Positions 10,835-18,861 of a DNA stretch of 64,000 bases are shown one piece after another (positions within the stretch are counted from its first letter, which is position 1; every line of letters starts with the position of its first letter). The notes below the pieces were generated by a model that was not told the origin of the DNA, made no database searches, and saw only the letters and a program-made list of their open reading frames with translations. A program made the position numbers and the translations under genes. The stretch is from contig JAZNKJ010000009.1 in NCBI GenBank assembly GCA_045578465.1, positions 14,881 to 78,880 of the forward strand. Reading direction: 5' to 3'. Source of the stretch: Clostridia bacterium. GTDB lineage: Bacteria; Bacillota; Clostridia; Monoglobales; Monoglobaceae.

Positions 10835-10850
10835 TGTTTCACGTGAAACA
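10835..10850. promoter_or_regulatory. parS centromere-like site
   Basis: Perfect 16-bp palindrome TGTTTCACGTGAAACA, identical to the Firmicute parS consensus, in the tex-parA intergenic region. Confidence 0.85.
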
Positions 10851-10851
10851 T

Positions 10852-12999
10852 TTATTTTTTGATAACCCTTGAAAGTGAAATTCTGTTTTTGTTTAAATCT
10901 ACTTCTATTACCTCGACTTCAAGGATATCGCCGATAGAAACAACATCTGTCGGATGCTTGACAAACTTGTCGGAAAGGCGGGAAATATGGATAAGCCCGT
11001 CCTGATGCACGCCAATATCCACAAATGCGCCGAAATCTACAACATTTCGCACTGTTCCTTGGAGAATCATTCCCGCTTTAATGTCTTTTATGTCCATAAC
11101 ATCGGATTTTAAGACAGGAGCAGCAATGCTTTCTCTTATATCACGGCCCGGTTTAACGATTTCCTTTAAAATATCCTCAATGGTAGGAACGCCAACCCCT
11201 GTTTCCTCGCTTAATTTCTTAATGTCGGCATCGGAGAGCTTGTCTTTGATGCCTTTTATATTGCCGTTTTTAATATCTTCTTCCGTATAACCCGTTTTTT
11301 CAAGGAGAATTTTCGTAAAGCCGTAGGATTCAGGATGAACTGAGGTGTTGTCCAAAATATTATCTCCCTCAGGAATTCTTAAAAAGCCTGCACACTGCAA
11401 AAATGCCTTAGGGCCGAGCTTTTCAACCTTTTTAAGCTGGTTTCTGTTCTTAAACTTGCCCTCTTTTTCTCTGTAAGAAACAATATTTTTGGCAATTGAT
11501 GAGTTTATTCCTGAGATGTATTCAAGGAGAGGAGCGGATGCTGTGTTAAGGTCAACACCCACGCTGTTAACACAGTCTTCAACAACGCCCCCCAATGCTT
11601 CATCAAGACGCTTAGGGTTCATATCGTGCTGATACTGGCCAACGCCTATTGATTTCGGGTCAATCTTAACAAGCTCAGAGAGCGGGTCCTGAGCGCGTCT
11701 TGCGATTGAAACGGCGCTTCTCTGGGTAACATCAAAGTCAGGGAATTCCTCTGCCCCAAGCTTTGACGCGGAATAAACCGATGCTCCCGCTTCATTTGTT
11801 ATAATATATTTAACCCCTTCCATTCCTTTAAGGGTGTCTGCAACAAATTTCTCTGTCTCTCTTGATGCGGTGCCGTTGCCGATAGAGATTAGGTTTACAT
11901 TATATTTCTTTATAAGGCCTTTAATAAATTCCTTTGCGCTTTCATACTGAGCGGTGGAATGGGTTACGAAAATAACCCCTGTGTCTAAAACTTTGCCTGT
12001 TGCATCAACAACCCCAACCTTACAGCCTGTCCGATACCCTGGGTCAAGACCAATAACTGTCTTGTCTTTAAGAGGCGGCTGCAAAAGAAGGTTTTTAAGA
12101 TTAACCTTGAAAATTGCAATAGCCTTTTCCTGAGCGATATCTGTAAGCTCGTTTCTTATATCCCTCTCAATAGACGGGGCGATAAGCCTCTTATAACTAT
12201 CCTCAATTGCGGATTCAATATATGGAGCAAAAACAGTAATTCCCAAAATTTCCCTTTTTTTAAGTCTATCTAAGATTTTTTCCTCGTCGCAGTCGATTTT
12301 GACAGATAAAAACTTCTCTTTTTCTCCTCGGTCGATTGCCAGAACTCTGTGGGAAGCGATTTTTGTAACAGGTTCAGAGAAATCATAGTAGATTGCATAG
12401 ACAGAGTCTTCTTCCGTTGAGCCTTTTGAAGAAAGGATGCCGCTTCTGAAAGTTATGTCTCGGATAAACTTGCGATAATCCGCGTTATCGGAGATTTCTT
12501 CGGCAATAATGTCAAGAGCGCCTGCGATAGCGTCTTCGGAGGTTTTGACTTCTTTTTCTTCATTTATATATTCGCTGGCGATTTCTTCAATAGTTTTGTC
12601 GGTTTTTTCCTGAGCCATAATGATTTTTGCAAGAGGTTCAAGGCCCTTTTCCTTTGCAACGGTGGCTCTTGTGCGCCTTTTCGGGCGGTAAGGGCGGTAA
12701 ATATCTTCAAGCTCGGTAAGCTTTTCCGCCTTGTCAATTTTTTCGACAAGTTCAGGAGTAAGCTTTCCTTGTTCCTCAATAATTCGCTTTATATCCGCTC
12801 TTTTTTCTTCAAGGTTGCGAAGATACATAAGTCTTTCATAAAAAGCGCGGAGAACCTCGTCGTTAAGCTCGCCTGTTGCCTCTTTTCTGTAACGGGAAAT
12901 AAAAGGGATTGTGTTTCCCTCGTCAATTAAGGCAACGGTGTTGTCCACCTGCCACTGTTTTAAATTAAGTTCTGATGCAAGTTTTTCGTTTATTGTCAT
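10852..12999 (-). CDS. tex: Tex-like transcription accessory protein (S1 RNA-binding domain)
   Basis: 715-aa ORF with N-terminus ELNLKQWQVDNTVALIDEGNTIPFISRYRKE, a YqgF-like and HhH middle, and a C-terminal S1 domain (GTVRNVVDFGAFVDIG). Confidence 0.9.
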   Translation of the reverse strand: MTINEKLASELNLKQWQVDNTVALIDEGNTIPFISRYRKEATGELNDEVLRAFYERLMYLRNLEEKRADIKRIIEEQGKLTPELVEKIDKAEKLTELEDIYRPYRPKRRTRATVAKEKGLEPLAKIIMAQEKTDKTIEEIASEYINEEKEVKTSEDAIAGALDIIAEEISDNADYRKFIRDITFRSGILSSKGSTEEDSVYAIYYDFSEPVTKIASHRVLAIDRGEKEKFLSVKIDCDEEKILDRLKKREILGITVFAPYIESAIEDSYKRLIAPSIERDIRNELTDIAQEKAIAIFKVNLKNLLLQPPLKDKTVIGLDPGYRTGCKVGVVDATGKVLDTGVIFVTHSTAQYESAKEFIKGLIKKYNVNLISIGNGTASRETEKFVADTLKGMEGVKYIITNEAGASVYSASKLGAEEFPDFDVTQRSAVSIARRAQDPLSELVKIDPKSIGVGQYQHDMNPKRLDEALGGVVEDCVNSVGVDLNTASAPLLEYISGINSSIAKNIVSYREKEGKFKNRNQLKKVEKLGPKAFLQCAGFLRIPEGDNILDNTSVHPESYGFTKILLEKTGYTEEDIKNGNIKGIKDKLSDADIKKLSEETGVGVPTIEDILKEIVKPGRDIRESIAAPVLKSDVMDIKDIKAGMILQGTVRNVVDFGAFVDIGVHQDGLIHISRLSDKFVKHPTDVVSIGDILEVEVIEVDLNKNRISLSRVIKK

Positions 13000-13046
13000 T
13001 TTTTAACCTTTCTGCCCGAAAAATTTTCTTGGCGGGGCAAAGCCAT

Positions 13047-13676
13047 CTATTCTTCAAAGGCGAAGAAGTCATCCTCTCCAAAGGAGAGAGAAATCTTGCC
13101 GTTTGTTGCTTCAATCAGGGTTTTTTCAAGTCGATTTGCGTCTTCCGTGGGGACATAAACCGTAGCTTTAACTATATCTGAATATTCAGGAGGAAGAGCT
13201 GCATGAGTAAAGGCGGAAAGCTCGTTCTGGACCTTCCCCCAAAGGGTGTAATCGCAGGTAAGGGTAAGGCTTTTGCACCTTATCATAAGGAGCCGTCCTG
13301 CCTGGTCAACTCCTTGCCTTGCGGTTGAGGAATAGGCGTGGACAAGCCCCCCCGTTCCTAAAAGAATTCCGCCGAAATATCTGGTAACCACCACTATTAT
13401 ATCCGTAAGTCCCTCTTTTTTAAGCATATCAAGAACGGGGACGCCCCCTGTTCCTGCCGGCTCTCCGTCGTCGCTGTATCTCATTATATTGTTTTCCCTT
13501 AAAATATAGGCGTAAACATTGTGTCGGGCATCCCAATATTTCTGTTTCAAGGAATTTATGAGAGAAAGGGCCTCTTCCTCTGTTTTGATTGGGAGGACCG
13601 TTGCAATAAAGCGGGAGCGCTTGATGGTTTGCTCCGCTTCGCCCTGCTTTTTAACGGTTAAATATCTGTCTTCTAT
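13047..13676 (-). CDS. yigZ: YigZ / IMPACT family (UPF0029) protein, apparent non-canonical start
   Basis: The track ORF (13047..13550) begins at an internal TTG with no RBS. The same frame stays open 42 codons further upstream and encodes the conserved family N-terminus (EDRYLTVKKQGEAEQTIKRSRFIATVLPIKTEEEA). The only plausible start is ATA at 13674..13676, 6 nt after AAGGCGGTGA. Confidence 0.6.
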   Translation of the reverse strand: MEDRYLTVKKQGEAEQTIKRSRFIATVLPIKTEEEALSLINSLKQKYWDARHNVYAYILRENNIMRYSDDGEPAGTGGVPVLDMLKKEGLTDIIVVVTRYFGGILLGTGGLVHAYSSTARQGVDQAGRLLMIRCKSLTLTCDYTLWGKVQNELSAFTHAALPPEYSDIVKATVYVPTEDANRLEKTLIEATNGKISLSFGEDDFFAFEE

Positions 13677-13707
13677 GGCTCTTCACCGCCTTTTTTCTTA
13701 TATATTA

Positions 13708-13736
13708 AGTATAAACTAAATGAAAACAAAAGTAAA
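13708..13736 (-). promoter_or_regulatory. sigma-A type promoter for yigZ-tex
   Basis: On the minus strand: TTTACT (13736..13731), 17-nt spacer, TATACT (13713..13708). This places the transcription start about 25 nt upstream of the ATA codon. Confidence 0.5.
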
Positions 13737-13892
13737 TAGTTTTATTACGCCTTTGTTACATAAGGGCAAAAATATTACCAAAAGATTACGAAAACTTTAA
13801 AGAATGATTAATCCTTTATTTTATTAAAGTTACATTGTTGAGAAATTTTTTTCAAATTGATAATATAAGAATACAGATGGGAGGGGAAAAAT

Positions 13893-14378
13893 GTGGCCGT
13901 TAAGGAAAGACTGACCATTCTTGCAATTGCAGTTATTGCTCCGATTTTCATGGTTTGTTTTGACATTCGGGCATTCTGGATTGCCACTTCTCTTATAATG
14001 CTGTATTTTTCCATCAAATCTCTTAAAAATCTGTGTGTGCTCAATTTTGCATCCGATGCTTATTATGAGAAGCACGGTGAAAAGGTTTGCGAATATCAAA
14101 GCGCCTTTGCGGTTTTAACCGATGCAATACTTATGTGCGGGGCTTATGCCCTTATTGTGATAATGCTTTTTATCTCTCTCTTTATGTTTAAAGCGCCACT
14201 TATGAGAGGCTTTTCCGCTCTTTTGATGGCCATTTGGGCATTCGACTTTTATAAGGTTTTTTCAAAGCCTGATGAGAGCGAGGAATGGGGCATTAAAGAT
14301 ACCGTGAAAGAAATTATTATGTGGTTTCAGGGCGTTGGCTCTGTGGTGTTCACGGTGGTTGCACAGTTTATGATGTAA
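13893..14378 (+). CDS. hypothetical integral membrane protein (about 4 TM)
   Basis: 161-aa ORF with a GTG start. Hydrophobic segments run throughout. Promoter-like TTGAGA-17-TAATAT upstream and a terminator hairpin downstream. Confidence 0.55.
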   Translation: MAVKERLTILAIAVIAPIFMVCFDIRAFWIATSLIMLYFSIKSLKNLCVLNFASDAYYEKHGEKVCEYQSAFAVLTDAILMCGAYALIVIMLFISLFMFKAPLMRGFSALLMAIWAFDFYKVFSKPDESEEWGIKDTVKEIIMWFQGVGSVVFTVVAQFMM

Positions 14379-14501
14379 AAAAAGTAACTCCTTTTATATT
14401 TTTTATTTTTTAACAAGAGAGAAGAGCCGTATTTTTACGGCTTTTTTCTTTTGTATAAATAAGGAAGAAATGGTTAAAATCATAAAAAAGGAGTGAATGA
14501 A

Positions 14502-14789
14502 ATGACGGCGAAAAGCTCAAGAAGAGTTGTTATTATAAATAATATAAAATCGGATAGAATCGAGCAGGCGATTTTTATTTTAAGGGGGGACAAGGACGGG
14601 AAGCCAAGCAGTTTTGTTCTTCAAGAGGCGCAGGAGATTATCGACAACTATATCCACAAAATAAAAGAGGGAGACCCCTTTATAAAAGAGGCGTATCCCA
14701 AGAAAAGAAACCGCGCAGGCCTTATTTCCGCCGTCATTGTTTTAGGGATGCTGTCATTAGCTGTTGCCTTTAAGTTTTTGGTGGGATAA
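14502..14789 (+). CDS. hypothetical protein with C-terminal TM anchor
   Basis: The ATG at 14502 lies 9 nt after AAGGAG; the track start at 14493 is a GTG overlapping the RBS. The C-terminal segment LISAVIVLGMLSLAVAFKFLVG is hydrophobic. Family not recognised. Confidence 0.5.
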   Translation: MTAKSSRRVVIINNIKSDRIEQAIFILRGDKDGKPSSFVLQEAQEIIDNYIHKIKEGDPFIKEAYPKKRNRAGLISAVIVLGMLSLAVAFKFLVG

Positions 14790-14854
14790 AGGGACCAAAA
14801 TTGGCTGGTGGGCATATTATAGTAATAGAATATGTTCAAGAAAGGCTGATTTAA

Positions 14855-15415
14855 ATGACGAAAATTTTTATAGACGCCGGTCACGGCGGTCCCGACCCGG
14901 GTGCCGTTGGAAACGGAGTTACGGAAGAATATGTTAACCTTAATGTTGCGAGGTATCTGGCGGATGAGCTGAGAAGCTTAGGCTATGATGTTATGGAATA
15001 CAGGACGACGCCAACGGAAAATGTTCTGGCGGATAAAAATGCGGATTTAAGAAACAGGGCGCAAATGGCAAACGATTGGGGAGCTGACTATTTTGTAAGC
15101 ATTCATACAAACAGTTCTATAAATCCCACGGCCCAAGGGGCAGAGGCCTATGTTTATCGCTTCGGAGGAGAGGCAGAAAGATTGGCAGAGTCAATATTAG
15201 AGGCCATTTCCGATAGACTTGGCTCGGTCAATCGTGGGGTTTTTGAGGCAAACTTTGCTGTTTTAAGACGAACAAGAATGCCTGCGGTTTTAGTTGAGCT
15301 TGGGTATCTGACAAACGCCACGGAGGCTCTTAACTTAAACAGCCCTGCCTGGCAAAGAGCCGTAGCAGAGGCAATCGCCGTTGGAATTGTCTCGGAAGTG
15401 GGCCCTTCTATATAA
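14855..15415 (+). CDS. N-acetylmuramoyl-L-alanine amidase, Amidase_3 catalytic domain only
   Basis: 186-aa ORF. IFIDAGHGGPDPGAVG..FVSIHTNS..VLVELGYLTN matches the CwlD/LytC-type zinc amidase signature. There is no signal peptide or wall-binding domain, and an in-frame TAA lies directly upstream of the ATG. Confidence 0.85.
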   Translation: MTKIFIDAGHGGPDPGAVGNGVTEEYVNLNVARYLADELRSLGYDVMEYRTTPTENVLADKNADLRNRAQMANDWGADYFVSIHTNSSINPTAQGAEAYVYRFGGEAERLAESILEAISDRLGSVNRGVFEANFAVLRRTRMPAVLVELGYLTNATEALNLNSPAWQRAVAEAIAVGIVSEVGPSI

Positions 15416-15420
15416 TTAAA

Positions 15421-15451
15421 AAAGCGGTGCAAAAGGCACCGCTTATTTTTT
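15421..15451 (+). terminator. intrinsic terminator after amidase gene
   Basis: Stem AGCGGTGC/GCACCGCT followed by TATTTTTT. Confidence 0.7.
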
Positions 15452-15528
15452 AAGAGAATATTGACAGTTTAAACATATTTTGTTATAATTTGTTTACTAA
15501 GTAAATGAATTATACAAGGAGAAAAGCT

Positions 15529-16467
15529 ATGAATAAAAAAGCAACATTTTTTATAGACGATGTTATCTGGGTTTTCCGTGATTTAACAAGGCAGAGACCT
15601 GCTTCTTTATGGGACAACCCATATATGGCAACTCTTAAAAAGGCTCACGACGAGTATGGGGTAAAAACACAGCTTAATGTTTTTTATAGGACTTGTTTCT
15701 GGTATGGGGATGACGAGTTTTCTCTTGCTGATATGACAGACGCATATAAAAAGGAATTTGAAGAAGCCTCCGATTGGCTCAAAATGGGTTTTCACTCAAA
15801 AGAGGAATGGCCTGACTATCCATTCATAAATGCAGACTATGGTCTTGTTGACAGAGTTTTTAAGCTTATATACGGCGAGGTTTGCCGTTTTGCAGGAGAG
15901 AAATCCTTTGCTAAGGCAGTTGTTCCACACTGGATTCCTATGTCAGAGGAGGGAATTCGTGCCCTTAGGGATAACGGCATCCGCAGAACTTATGCATCTT
16001 CGGGAAGTAAAGAGGAGTGGAGCGGGGATGAAAATGCGCTTCCTTACGGACATTCTTTCAGACTTTTACATAACAAAAAGCCTGAATCAGGGGTTTATAA
16101 GGTAGAAACAACAGATTTACCATTTTCCGATGCCCTTTGTTCATATAACCACCTTGAAGAAGAGGACTATGCAAAGATTGACGGTAAGATTGCAACAATT
16201 AAGGATAAAAAATATGATGTTTATTATATGCCAAAATGTCAGGTGATTTTGAACCTTATCCCAGGGGAAGAACTTCCCGGCGAACTTTCAAAATATACAG
16301 ATGACGAGTTTATTAACATTGGCGACCATGAGCAGTATTTCTATCCTGACTATTATGCATACCAGCCATATTATGCAGAGAGTATTCTCACAATGGGAAG
16401 AATGCTCAAAGAGGCGGGATATACCTTTATGTTTATGGAGGACCTCCCAACAGAAAGTGGCTGTTAA
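15529..16467 (+). CDS. hypothetical protein (312 aa), family not recognised
   Basis: The ATG at 15529 lies 6 nt after AGGAGA; the track start at 15505 lacks an RBS. The protein is soluble and acidic. A possible deacetylase/hydrolase-like fold is only a guess. Confidence 0.55.
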   Translation: MNKKATFFIDDVIWVFRDLTRQRPASLWDNPYMATLKKAHDEYGVKTQLNVFYRTCFWYGDDEFSLADMTDAYKKEFEEASDWLKMGFHSKEEWPDYPFINADYGLVDRVFKLIYGEVCRFAGEKSFAKAVVPHWIPMSEEGIRALRDNGIRRTYASSGSKEEWSGDENALPYGHSFRLLHNKKPESGVYKVETTDLPFSDALCSYNHLEEEDYAKIDGKIATIKDKKYDVYYMPKCQVILNLIPGEELPGELSKYTDDEFINIGDHEQYFYPDYYAYQPYYAESILTMGRMLKEAGYTFMFMEDLPTESGC

Positions 16468-16496
16468 AAAACTCCGGATCGCAAAAATAAAAAAAT

Positions 16497-16530
16497 AAAA
16501 GACTGTAAACTTTTGTTTACAGTCTTTTTT
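16497..16530. terminator. bidirectional terminator
   Basis: 14-bp stem AAAAGACTGTAAAC/GTTTACAGTCTTTT between convergent genes. Confidence 0.75.
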
Positions 16531-16542
16531 GTTTGTTAAAGT

Positions 16543-17148
16543 TTAGCCACCAAAAGAGGACTGAATTTCTTCAACAGCCTCTTCAAGTCCGCCCATAAGC
16601 GCATTTGCAAAGTTGTCGTCTGCATCAACCTTCCAAACTCCGTCTTCTTTGGAAACTTCCAATATAACCTCGGTTGTAATCTTATCAAGGTCAGGAGCAG
16701 TTATTTTTTCCAAAAGCATTTCTTCCATTTTAGCAGTAAGCTCGTCCTCGCTCATATTTGAAAAAGCGGAAGTAAATGCAAGCTGCATTGCTGATGCGAA
16801 GAAGTCTTTAAAAACAGGCTTCATATCGATTGCCGTTATGCTTGTTTTAACATTGACAGTGTCTTCGTCGATTTGCTCGGAAGAAACAATTTTATATTCA
16901 ACACCGCCAAACATAGCCTTAACAATTTCTTCTGTGTTTCCCGTTAAGAGAGCGTCGTCAGCATCCGTAATGTCTTCACTGTCTTCAACAAATTTGTTAA
17001 GGGCCTCTAAATCAAAGGCCTTTAAAGCTGAAAACATATTGTGAACGGTCTTTTCTGCCTCTTTAACTGCATCATCTCCGCAGGAAACAAAGGCAAACGC
17101 TAAAACAAAAACTAATAAAAGGGCTGTGATTTGTTTGAAATTTTTCAT
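16543..17148 (-). CDS. hypothetical lipoprotein
   Basis: 201-aa ORF with a signal peptide and lipobox (LAFAFVSCGDD). The mature part is acidic. Confidence 0.65.
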   Translation of the reverse strand: MKNFKQITALLLVFVLAFAFVSCGDDAVKEAEKTVHNMFSALKAFDLEALNKFVEDSEDITDADDALLTGNTEEIVKAMFGGVEYKIVSSEQIDEDTVNVKTSITAIDMKPVFKDFFASAMQLAFTSAFSNMSEDELTAKMEEMLLEKITAPDLDKITTEVILEVSKEDGVWKVDADDNFANALMGGLEEAVEEIQSSFGG

Positions 17149-17178
17149 TTTTCAACTCTCCTTTTTATATAGAAAATT

Positions 17179-18855
17179 TTAGAAAAGTCCTGTTATAACT
17201 CCGTTTTCGTCAACATCAATTTTTTCAGCAGCAGGAACTTTCGGAAGTCCCGGCATGGTCATTATGTCGCCTGTTAAGGCAACGATAAAGCCTGCGCCTG
17301 CTGAAATTTTAACATTTCGAACCGTTACCGTAAAGCCCTCAGGTGCGCCGATTTTTGTTAAATCGTCAGAGAAGCTATACTGTGTTTTCGCCATACAAAC
17401 AGGGAGGTTGCCATAACCGAGAGCAGTAAGCTCGTCAATTTGCTTTTTCGCCTGAGGTGTAAAGTTAACGCCGTCACCGCGGTAAATCTTTTTAACGATT
17501 GCGCCGATTTTATTTTCAATTGTGTCTTCTGTTTCATAAGAGAAAGTGAAATCGTTTTCTCTTTCGCAAAGAGCAACAACCTCTTTTGCCATTTCAATTC
17601 CGCCTTCTCCGCCTTTTGCCCAGACATCAGAAAGAACAACATTAACGCCGAGAGCCTTGCACTTTTCAATAACGAGGTTAACCTCTGCGTCGGTATCTGT
17701 TGGGAATTTATTTACCGCAACAACGCAAGGAAGCTTATAAACATCTGTTATATTGCTAAGATGACGAAGAAGGTTTGGCATACCCTTCTCTAAGGCATCA
17801 AGATTTTCTTCGCCAAGTGCTGTTTTTGGCACGCCGCCGTGCATTTTAAGAGCGCGGATGGTAGCAACCAAAACAACAGCGGATGGTTTAAGATTTGCAA
17901 AACGGCACTTAATGTCAAGGAACTTTTCAGCACCAAGGTCAGCGCCAAAGCCTGCCTCTGTAATTGCGTAGTCCCCAAGCTTCATAGCCATTTTTGTGGC
18001 AAGAACAGAGTTACAGCCGTGAGCGATATTTGCAAAAGGTCCGCCGTGGATGAGTGCAGGAGTTCCCTCTAAGGTCTGAACTAAGTTTGGCTTTAATGCG
18101 TCCTTTAAGAGAGCTGTCATTGCCCCAGCCGCATTAAGCTGACCTGCTGTAACAGGTTTATTGTCAAAGGTATAGCCAACAACGATTCTTGAAAGTCTTT
18201 CTTTAAGGTCGGTTATTGAGCTTGAAAGACAAAGGATAGCCATAATTTCGGATGCAACAGTAATGTCATAACCGTCTTCACGAGGCACACCGTTAACCTT
18301 TCCGCCAAGACCGTCAACCACAAAGCGAAGCTGTCTGTCGTTCATATCAACACAGCGCTTCCAGGTGATTTTTCTCTGGTCGATGCCCAGAGCATTTCCC
18401 TGATGGATGTGGTTATCTAAAAGCGCCGCCAAAAGGTTGTTTGCTGCGCCGATTGCGTGGAAGTCTCCTGTAAAATGGAGATTTATGTCTTCCATAGGGA
18501 CAACCTGAGCGTATCCGCCGCCTGCTGCTCCTCCTTTAATTCCAAATACCGGGCCAAGAGATGGCTCGCGGAGAGCAACCATAACATTCTTGCCGATTTT
18601 TCTTAGTCCGTCAGCAAGACCGATTGTTGTTGTGGTTTTTCCCTCTCCCGCAGGAGTTGGGGTAATTGCTGTAACTAAAACCAGCCTACCCTCTTTTCTC
18701 TGGCTTTCTTTAAGAAGGGAAAGGTCAACTTTCGCCTTATACCTTCCGTATTGCTCTAAATATTTGTCATCAATCCCGGCAGTTTTGGCAATTTCGGTAA
18801 TGTTTTGCATTTTCGTGCTTTGTGCAATTTCAATATCCGTTTTCATTTTTCTCAC
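17179..18855 (-). CDS. fhs: formate--tetrahydrofolate ligase
   Basis: 558-aa ORF with [16 protein letters not shown] and overall FTHFS similarity. It starts 6 nt after the purL stop, so it is the last gene of the pur operon. Confidence 0.95.
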   Translation of the reverse strand: MRKMKTDIEIAQSTKMQNITEIAKTAGIDDKYLEQYGRYKAKVDLSLLKESQRKEGRLVLVTAITPTPAGEGKTTTTIGLADGLRKIGKNVMVALREPSLGPVFGIKGGAAGGGYAQVVPMEDINLHFTGDFHAIGAANNLLAALLDNHIHQGNALGIDQRKITWKRCVDMNDRQLRFVVDGLGGKVNGVPREDGYDITVASEIMAILCLSSSITDLKERLSRIVVGYTFDNKPVTAGQLNAAGAMTALLKDALKPNLVQTLEGTPALIHGGPFANIAHGCNSVLATKMAMKLGDYAITEAGFGADLGAEKFLDIKCRFANLKPSAVVLVATIRALKMHGGVPKTALGEENLDALEKGMPNLLRHLSNITDVYKLPCVVAVNKFPTDTDAEVNLVIEKCKALGVNVVLSDVWAKGGEGGIEMAKEVVALCERENDFTFSYETEDTIENKIGAIVKKIYRGDGVNFTPQAKKQIDELTALGYGNLPVCMAKTQYSFSDDLTKIGAPEGFTVTVRNVKISAGAGFIVALTGDIMTMPGLPKVPAAEKIDVDENGVITGLF

Positions 18856-18861
18856 TCCCGA

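Noticed and set aside
14651-14659. An isolated 8/9 DnaA-box match (ATATCCACA) inside the 98-aa ORF.
   Set aside because: It is a single site inside coding sequence with no cluster and no adjacent AT-rich unwinding element. Expected by chance.
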